From positions 1 to 42,935 of the IMG/VR virus record IMGVR_UViG_3300020280_000006: a DNA stretch of 42,935 nt; one strand, 5' to 3'. The position numbers and the translations under genes were made by a program. Of this stretch, positions 36,706 to 42,935 are shown piece by piece. This DNA comes from a virus (Duplodnaviria > Caudoviricetes). A model generated the notes under the pieces. That model had not been told where the DNA came from, ran no database searches, and saw only the letters and a list, made by a program, of their open reading frames with translations. The stretch's first letter is position 1; each line of letters opens with the position of its first letter.

Positions 36706-38337
36706 CTAAAAGAACTTACTTAAGTTTAACAATAATTTTCTATTTGCAGGTAAACCTAATTGTTTTTCCATATTTCTTACAGCTAGTCTAACAAGATTAT
36801 TCTTATTTGCAACATTAGGGTACATTGCTCTAAGTTGATTCATTTGTCCTACTAAAGATTGTTGTGTTTTATATTCAGCTCCTGTTATAGTTCTAGGTCT
36901 ATCAGTGATAGGATTATAATTAGGTACACTAGTAGGTTTAGGGTCTTTTTTAGATTTTGTATATGTTTCTATTTGACCAGGTCTAGTTTTACTAGCACGT
37001 TCAGCAGTTACATCAGGGTCAAATCTTGGTTCAGTATCATCTTTACCAAAAGCTACAGACCCCATCATTCTTTCTTTAGCTGCAGATAGTTCTGGTCCTA
37101 TAGTTCCTTTAATAGTTTTACCTTTTTTAGTAATTCCAAGAACAAATCTATCACCTACATTAAAACCTAATTCACTAAACAATTTACCTTCTGTTGGGTG
37201 AAGAGTATTTATAGGATGTAAATTACCATAAGCTTTTTCATATTCTATTTTTACAGATGCGTCTAAATCTTCCATGTATTTAGGTGTAAATCCACCACCT
37301 ATTTTCATATCTCCATAATTTTCTACAGCCATTGGATTAGTTTGTGTAGCATCTGTAGGATTAACTGCACCAGTTAAACCTACTTTACTACTTTCTAAGT
37401 TATCTAATTCTGTATCATCTATTCTTTTACCTGAATAATATGCTTGTTTTTCTGCAGGAGAATATTCAATTTTATCAAACTCTTGTATCATTTGATTATA
37501 TTCTCTTACTTCAGCACCACTAGTAAAAGGTATTTGTTTACCTATATTACTTTGATTAGCTATTGATGTAAGGTTGTGTTCTTTTACATGCGAATCTGCA
37601 GGACCAAAGTATTTATCTCCATATAATCCAGATTCTTTTTCTAAATATGATAAATCTTTTTCAGCTTGACGACTTATTTCTGCAGCTTTTCTAGATACTC
37701 TATTAGCTGAAGGTAATGTTTCTAATATATTACTTCCAAGTTTTTGTTTTTTACGCACAGTAGATTTAGTAACTCTTAACGCAGCAGCATCACTTAAACC
37801 TTTACTTTTAGCAATTTTATATTGAGATGTTAAACGTAATTCATTATCACTAAAGTTTTTTACATCATCACCAACTTTAGATATTCGTTTAGCTATATCT
37901 ATATCAGCTTTTATATCTGATAAACCCCTAGATATTTCTACATCTACTGTAGTACCATCAGCTAATTCTGTAATTCTAGGTACTTTTCCTGCACTTTGTT
38001 TAAAAATTTGTTTGCTTTTTGCACCACCAATATTTTCTACATTGCCAATGTTTTCCATATTACCAGTTTTAAACTGACCTAATCCACCTGTACCTTCACC
38101 TGTTAATATTTTATTTATAAGTTCTTTATCAAATGCTTCATCAGCATTATCACTAATTAAATTTTTTGCACTAAATGATTCTCCACTATAATAATCTCCA
38201 CCCATTGTTAATTCAGCATTAATTAAATTTAATGTTTTTAAATGTTTTTTACTAAGACGAACACCACCACTTAAATCTTTAAAACCAGTAGTTTTAATTT
38301 CGTTAATTATCTCTTGAATTTTTTCTAATTCATCCAT
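36706..38337 (-). CDS. Hypothetical charged protein, 543 aa
   Basis: Long ORF; no recognised motif. Confidence 0.7.
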   Translation of the reverse strand: MDELEKIQEIINEIKTTGFKDLSGGVRLSKKHLKTLNLINAELTMGGDYYSGESFSAKNLISDNADEAFDKELINKILTGEGTGGLGQFKTGNMENIGNVENIGGAKSKQIFKQSAGKVPRITELADGTTVDVEISRGLSDIKADIDIAKRISKVGDDVKNFSDNELRLTSQYKIAKSKGLSDAAALRVTKSTVRKKQKLGSNILETLPSANRVSRKAAEISRQAEKDLSYLEKESGLYGDKYFGPADSHVKEHNLTSIANQSNIGKQIPFTSGAEVREYNQMIQEFDKIEYSPAEKQAYYSGKRIDDTELDNLESSKVGLTGAVNPTDATQTNPMAVENYGDMKIGGGFTPKYMEDLDASVKIEYEKAYGNLHPINTLHPTEGKLFSELGFNVGDRFVLGITKKGKTIKGTIGPELSAAKERMMGSVAFGKDDTEPRFDPDVTAERASKTRPGQIETYTKSKKDPKPTSVPNYNPITDRPRTITGAEYKTQQSLVGQMNQLRAMYPNVANKNNLVRLAVRNMEKQLGLPANRKLLLNLSKFF

Positions 38338-38924
38338 TTGTTTGACATTTTAGCAGATAATACTTGAATTTCTCCACTAATTTCCTGTAATTTTTCCATA
38401 ACTGTACTAGTAAGTACTATGTCATCAGCTGATTTATTAGATATTTCTTTTAAATCACCATCATAATCTATGTATGTAACCTGAACATCTTGTCCAGATT
38501 CTATAGCTGCAGCAACACGTGGATATACAAACTTATATGCGTCAACACTGTTACCAATAAACCCATCTTTAGCGATACGATTGTTAGTTTGTGTGTTACC
38601 TAGTATTAAACACCCTGCTGTATGTTCATCAGTATTACCTGTGTGCCATAATATATACTCAAAACCTGGTACATCTTGTACCCATATCATACCTTTATGC
38701 ATAGCGCCATATTTACTTACATATCTGTTATGAAATCCACCTTCAGTACGTAATTTAAGTTTATATGTACCAGCAGGTATACGTGTTTCACCCCAGACTT
38801 TAACATCACGTTGTTCGTCTTCTAATGTATATGCTAAGAATGTACGTTTGTTACCTTCAATTTCAAATAACAAACCAGATGTAGAGTCTTTACCACTACT
38901 AATTCTTAATACTTCATATTGCAT
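38325..38924 (-). CDS. DUF5675-family protein (putative endolysin)
   Basis: YTLED...ETRIPAGTY...VPGFEYILWHTGNTDEHTAGCLILG. Confidence 0.8.
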   Translation of the reverse strand: MQYEVLRISSGKDSTSGLLFEIEGNKRTFLAYTLEDEQRDVKVWGETRIPAGTYKLKLRTEGGFHNRYVSKYGAMHKGMIWVQDVPGFEYILWHTGNTDEHTAGCLILGNTQTNNRIAKDGFIGNSVDAYKFVYPRVAAAIESGQDVQVTYIDYDGDLKEISNKSADDIVLTSTVMEKLQEISGEIQVLSAKMSNKWMN

Positions 38925-39091
38925 TATTTTTTCTTAGATTTCTTTTTAGCTTTATTTTTTTTGCTATTAGGAAAACCTTTCTTCATATCAGAATAAGCTT
39001 TTTTAGATATAGTAGAATTTTTTTTAGACCTACTTGTACCAGCTTTTTTTCTTTTATTTATATTATGATAAAGACCTTTTTTAGCGGCCAT
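38924..39091 (-). CDS. 55-aa Lys-rich protein (MAAKKGLYHNINKRKKAG...)
   Basis: TAATG coupling at both ends; manual translation. Confidence 0.7.
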   Translation of the reverse strand: MAAKKGLYHNINKRKKAGTSRSKKNSTISKKAYSDMKKGFPNSKKNKAKKKSKKK

Positions 39092-39282
39092 TATTTACCT
39101 ACTTTCTTTTGAGCATTTTTATGTGCTTTACTAAATGTTGTACCACGTTTCATAGAATTAACCATAAATTGTATGTGTTTTTTACTGTGATGTTTACTAT
39201 GTTTTTTCATACTATCTTGTTGTCTTTTAGTTAATTTAGAAACATCAACACCTTTAATTTTTTTTGTAACCATGTTTACCAC
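39091..39282 (-). CDS. Small Lys/His-rich protein
   Basis: KKHSKHHSKKH...FSKAHKNAQKKVGK. Confidence 0.7.
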   Translation of the reverse strand: MVNMVTKKIKGVDVSKLTKRQQDSMKKHSKHHSKKHIQFMVNSMKRGTTFSKAHKNAQKKVGK

Positions 39283-39569
39283 TTTACCTTATGTGACCAA
39301 TATTTTGCAGACAATTTAGATTTTGGTTTACCCTGTGCGTTATGTCTAGCATAATAAGATTTTTTACGAGCTTTATCTTTTTTCGATTTAGGATTTTTAC
39401 CTGCACCTTTTACACCTTGTTGACCAAATCTAATTAGTTTATATGTACTACCTTCTTTAGCCATAACAACATGTGATTTTGTTTTATGACTAGGTGTACG
39501 TTTTGGTTTATTAACACCTTTTAATCCATGTTTTTTCATTTGTGTTTTAACACGTTCTGGCACTGCCAT
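39276..39569 (-). CDS. Basic conserved-type phage protein
   Basis: NKPKRTPSHKTKSHVV...KLIRFGQQG...SYYARH...AKYWSHKVKW. Confidence 0.75.
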   Translation of the reverse strand: MAVPERVKTQMKKHGLKGVNKPKRTPSHKTKSHVVMAKEGSTYKLIRFGQQGVKGAGKNPKSKKDKARKKSYYARHNAQGKPKSKLSAKYWSHKVKW

Positions 39570-39649
39570 TATTCCTCCTCACAATTACCATACTTACAAT
39601 TACAAATTTGCATAAATGACCCATCTTCCTTTTGTGTTACCATACACAT
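39569..39649 (-). CDS. 26-aa Cys-rich micro-peptide
   Basis: MCMVTQKEDGSFMQICNCKYGNCEEE; GGAGG RBS; TAATG coupling at both ends. Confidence 0.6.
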   Translation of the reverse strand: MCMVTQKEDGSFMQICNCKYGNCEEE

Positions 39650-39687
39650 TAGTTTCCTCCGCAACAACCGTTACCACAACAGTCCAT
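39649..39687 (-). CDS. 12-aa tetracysteine micro-peptide
   Basis: MDCCGNGCCGGN; AGGTGAG upstream; TAATG coupling at both ends. Confidence 0.5.
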   Translation of the reverse strand: MDCCGNGCCGGN

Positions 39688-39902
39688 TATCTGCTCACCT
39701 TACCTTTATTATTTGGTTTGTCTTTTCTAAAGCCTATAGTTAATAACCATACAGCTAATGTAATTATAGTAGCTAATCCTGTAATTTGTTGTGCTGAACC
39801 AGTAAGTGTTAACGTAGCAATAACAAGACCTACAAGTGTCCATGACAAATTTAATGTTTCTTTAATTATCTCTATAAACCAATTCCATATTTTTTTAATC
39901 AT
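39687..39902 (-). CDS. Small two-TM membrane protein
   Basis: Amphipathic N-terminus and two hydrophobic helices; ATGA overlap. Confidence 0.7.
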   Translation of the reverse strand: MIKKIWNWFIEIIKETLNLSWTLVGLVIATLTLTGSAQQITGLATIITLAVWLLTIGFRKDKPNNKGKVSR

Positions 39903-41596
39903 AATGTTTTCCTAAATACGAAAGCCGCCATAGTAGCTATTCTAGTCAAAATAACTGGGACTACAACTTCTTGAGCTTTTTCTTTTTGGTCAGTAGTCAT
40001 GTCATCACCAATAGTTGCAAGGTTTATATTTTGTACATTTACATCTACAAAAACTTCTATTGGATTTTCTAAGAACGCTTCGTATTGTATCTCTGTAACA
40101 ACATCAGCTAGGGTATAATCTTCTACGTCTGCATTTTCTACAGCTCTTTCCACGTATTCTTCTACAGCTTCTGCTACTACAGTATCTGATTTAACAGCCT
40201 CTGCAATAATTTCAACATCTTCAGTTTCAACTGATAATACCTCAGCAACAACCTCAACTTGTTCCTCTGTAAGTTCTTCAACATTTTCAATTGCCTCCTC
40301 AACAACAGCTTGTACTATTTCCTGTACTTCTTCAGTAGCTTTATCTAAATTTTGTACACCAACATCATTAACTTCTTCAAGAACTTCTACAACTTCTTCG
40401 GTGGTAGCTTCTTCAACGACAATATCCTCAACGATTTCTTCAACTTCAGATACTGCGACAACGACTTCTTCCTCAGAAAGTTCTTCTGCAGGTTCCTCCT
40501 CAACATCTTCCTGTATTGGCTCATCCAAAACTTCCTCGATAACTTCTTCATCTTCCACCACAACAACAACATCATCTTCTAAAACCTCTTCCTCAATAAC
40601 AATTATAATATCTTCTGGTATATCCAGCTCTATAACTTCTTCTTCTATTTCTATAATCTCAATAGTATCTTCAAGTTCTTGTATAATATCTACAAATTCC
40701 TCTAATTCTTCTTCAGATAAATTTTCAAGGTCAATAGTGCTATCCTCAAGTTCTTCTAATATAAGTAATTCTTCTTCAGCATCTATCTGTTCCTGAATTA
40801 AACGCTCTTCTTCAGCAGCAATCTCTGCTTCAATAGCAGCTATTTCTTCTTCCGTGAGCTCAATAACTTCCTCTTCAATGAGAATATCTTCCTCTGTAAG
40901 GGTGTCATCTCCAAGTATCTCTTCGTCCAACTCATCATCTATCTCTTCTTCGACAATATCAATAACATCATCAGGTATGTCAGTGCAATCACCGGGCTGA
41001 TATCCAAACCAATCTCCACTTTCTACGGCTTCCAAATATTGTTTATACGATAAAGGGTTGCCTGGGTGTTCACAACCGTTTTCGTCCCACGCCAAATACG
41101 TTGTAATATTATCTTCAACGACATCTTCTGCTTTGGGTAAGGTTGTGCTAGTTGTTGTCGTACTAGGTGGCGTTGTATCAGGAACATAATCATAATTATA
41201 TAATACACTTTTTACTGGAGTAAAGTCGCTAGTTGTACTATTTGTATCGTGAAATGCTTTAACTTTAGAGTATATATTTTGATTATCTACAGATAAATTA
41301 TCATATAAATACTCTGCAGTAAACGTATGACTACGCCATGATAAAGCTTCTGTAAAACCAAAAGTAGTTTGTATTGATACATCATCAGCAGATTCAGTAA
41401 GTCCTATATATACTATATAATATTCAGGTGGATTATCTTCGTAGCCATCACTTTCTTGCCAACTAACTGTAATACTTCCATCATTAGAGTTAATAGAAAT
41501 ACTACTATCGTAAGGTGTTTGTGTTTCAGTATGATATGCATATACAGGAGTAGCTATTAATAATACTGCAGCTACAACAGCTAATAACTTTTTCAC
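39899..41596 (-). CDS. Exported, membrane-anchored, extremely acidic protein (FN3-like domain + Thr linker + Glu/Val repeats)
   Basis: Signal peptide MKKLLAVVAAVLLIATPVYA; ITVSWQ...EYYIVY; TTPPSTTTTSTT; hydrophobic C-terminus followed by RK. Confidence 0.75.
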   Translation of the reverse strand: MKKLLAVVAAVLLIATPVYAYHTETQTPYDSSISINSNDGSITVSWQESDGYEDNPPEYYIVYIGLTESADDVSIQTTFGFTEALSWRSHTFTAEYLYDNLSVDNQNIYSKVKAFHDTNSTTSDFTPVKSVLYNYDYVPDTTPPSTTTTSTTLPKAEDVVEDNITTYLAWDENGCEHPGNPLSYKQYLEAVESGDWFGYQPGDCTDIPDDVIDIVEEEIDDELDEEILGDDTLTEEDILIEEEVIELTEEEIAAIEAEIAAEEERLIQEQIDAEEELLILEELEDSTIDLENLSEEELEEFVDIIQELEDTIEIIEIEEEVIELDIPEDIIIVIEEEVLEDDVVVVVEDEEVIEEVLDEPIQEDVEEEPAEELSEEEVVVAVSEVEEIVEDIVVEEATTEEVVEVLEEVNDVGVQNLDKATEEVQEIVQAVVEEAIENVEELTEEQVEVVAEVLSVETEDVEIIAEAVKSDTVVAEAVEEYVERAVENADVEDYTLADVVTEIQYEAFLENPIEVFVDVNVQNINLATIGDDMTTDQKEKAQEVVVPVILTRIATMAAFVFRKTL

Positions 41597-41784
41597 ATTA
41601 AGTTATTGATTAACACCACCAATGCCGAGATTGCAACTAACCAACCCGATAACTCTTGCCTTGATATTTTTTGATTTACCTTTTCATGTAATTCATCTAT
41701 GCGTTTATTAATATCTTGTTGTCCTTCCAATATAAGATTTAACATTTCTTTTTGTGTAAAACCGTTGCCGTTAGAGGATGTCAT
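41593..41784 (-). CDS. Small coiled-coil protein with C-terminal TM (start revised from 41859)
   Basis: MTSSNGNGFTQKEML...WLVAISALVVLINNLM. Confidence 0.6.
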   Translation of the reverse strand: MTSSNGNGFTQKEMLNLILEGQQDINKRIDELHEKVNQKISRQELSGWLVAISALVVLINNLM

Positions 41785-41932
41785 CTTTATCCCAATCATC
41801 TTGCCAATTCCAAGTGTCTTTTTTTTGATAATAATAAGGAGTATTATTTGATTTTCCACTTAAAAATTTATATAAATTACCATAGTTTTCAATAACTAAA
41901 GCACATATAAATATTAATATTAGCAAATCCAT
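41771..41932 (-). CDS. 53-aa membrane protein, probably leaderless
   Basis: TGA-TATAAT-7 nt-ATG; MDLLILIFICALVIENYG... Confidence 0.6.
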   Translation of the reverse strand: MDLLILIFICALVIENYGNLYKFLSGKSNNTPYYYQKKDTWNWQDDWDKDDIL

Positions 41933-41953
41933 AAATCGGATTATATCAGATGA

Positions 41954-42286
41954 TTAATCTTTTTCCCATAACCATGTTGAAGTATTTAGTGTATAAGATT
42001 GTGCCTCTGTAGAAGGGTCAGGTGCATAAAATACATCATTAGTATTATCGTATGTAAAACCTATACCTGCATAGTTTCCTCTTAAAGGTGTTCCACTATT
42101 GTCGTGTGCATTACCAAATGTATTGTAACTTGTTTGTTTCCAAGTACCACTTTGATTTAGTGTGTTGTTTATAAAATCTATTCCTAAACTTTCTTGTTCA
42201 TCTCCATTACCATCTGTTATATTAGAATTATCTACGACAATAACTTGTGTAACTAAACCTTCTTCTATCTTTGCAAAGTGTGCCAT
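41954..42286 (-). CDS. Conserved-type phage protein that accompanies Gly-rich fibres (possible chaperone)
   Basis: MAHFAKI...VIVV...WKQTSYN...RGNYAGIGFTYD...DVF. Confidence 0.7.
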   Translation of the reverse strand: MAHFAKIEEGLVTQVIVVDNSNITDGNGDEQESLGIDFINNTLNQSGTWKQTSYNTFGNAHDNSGTPLRGNYAGIGFTYDNTNDVFYAPDPSTEAQSYTLNTSTWLWEKD

Positions 42287-42935
42287 TATGCTACTTCATA
42301 TCTTATAACAACTATACCTGAACCACCTCTTCGACCAACATGAGCTCCTTTAGCTCCACCACCACCACCGCCTGTGTTAGTAGTTCCATTATGTGGACTT
42401 TCACCATCTGTACCATCACCACCACCGCCTGTACCACCGGCAGAGCCACCATCACGACCTCCGCCACCGCCACCTGCGTAAAAATCTGTTGAGCCATCTT
42501 TATATGTATTGCTTAAACCATCACCACCTGCACCTTGACCATCAGTATTACCTGCTTCACCTGCACCACCACCACCACCTGCTCTGTCGCCGCCATCTCC
42601 AGGACCGCCATTGTTACCTTTACTACCTCCTGATGAAGTGCCTGTATTTGTACCACCTGAACCACCACCAGAGCCACCATTAGGGTCACCTGAATTACCA
42701 CCAACACCACCAGGGTCAGCGCCACGACCTCCGCCATTACCTTGTTTCAAATTTGAACCTCCACCAATGGCTTGTATTTGGCTAGAATTTCCTTGATTAC
42801 CAACATTTGCATGAGAAACTTGCGCACCACCTGCACCAATTACTATTGGATATGTTCCTATTGAAGAAAAAGTTAAGGTGTCTATAACATACGCACCTGC
42901 ACCGCCACCGCCTGCTGAATTAGGGTCACCATTAC
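42286..42935 (-). CDS. Gly-rich fibre-like protein, 3' part (second allele in the overlap)
   Basis: Open from the window edge; YAGGGGG...NTGGGGGG...GGSGIVVIRY. Confidence 0.8.
   Translation of the reverse strand, partial: NGDPNSAGGGGAGAYVIDTLTFSSIGTYPIVIGAGGAQVSHANVGNQGNSSQIQAIGGGSNLKQGNGGGRGADPGGVGGNSGDPNGGSGGGSGGTNTGTSSGGSKGNNGGPGDGGDRAGGGGGAGEAGNTDGQGAGGDGLSNTYKDGSTDFYAGGGGGGRDGGSAGGTGGGGDGTDGESPHNGTTNTGGGGGGAKGAHVGRRGGSGIVVIRYEVA
42618..42935. repeat. Imperfect terminal direct repeat, right copy
   Basis: See 1-318. Confidence 0.95.

Noticed and set aside
40352-42796. Alternative-frame and antisense ORFs (Ser-rich, His-rich, Pro-rich)
   Set aside because: Shadows of the low-complexity Glu-rich and Gly-rich genes; no RBS support. 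The same applies to the antisense ORFs inside the capsid, portal, terminase and ejection genes.

Overview
The window is an apparently complete, circularly permuted genome of a low-GC (roughly one third G+C, estimated by eye) tailed dsDNA phage with podovirus-like gene content. The unit length is about 42,617 bp, because 1-318 is an imperfect copy of 42618-42935. Minus-strand late arm: terminase, portal, five putative ejection/internal proteins, scaffold, SU10/DUF5309-like capsid, tail adaptor, nozzle and fibres, then across the window join a membrane/lysis cluster. Plus-strand early/middle arm (23.9-34.6 kb): many small orphans, a YubB-like protein, an AAA+/vWA pair, a metallophosphoesterase, Rad52/Sak, a transglycosylase and an HNH nuclease. 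I recognised no DNA polymerase, primase, helicase, integrase, RT, tRNA or CRISPR array. Holin type, probable leaderless promoters and GAAAGG-type RBSs suggest a low-GC actinobacterial host such as Ca. Actinomarina (inference). The most notable items are: (i) a putative ejected protein carrying tandem macrodomain-like and NADAR-like modules, a possible injected eraser of defensive ADP-ribosylation; (ii) an unannotated regulatory layer in the early arm, made of a five-copy covarying stem-bulge-loop before gene blocks, a TATC-N13-TGGCG motif, stop-codon-capped hairpins and candidate sRNAs with anti-Shine-Dalgarno loops; (iii) several more structured RNA/ssDNA candidates; (iv) translationally coupled Cys-rich and Lys-rich micro-peptides; (v) two alleles of a Gly-rich fibre-like protein captured at the contig ends. 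All family calls come from motif recognition by eye, not database searches.
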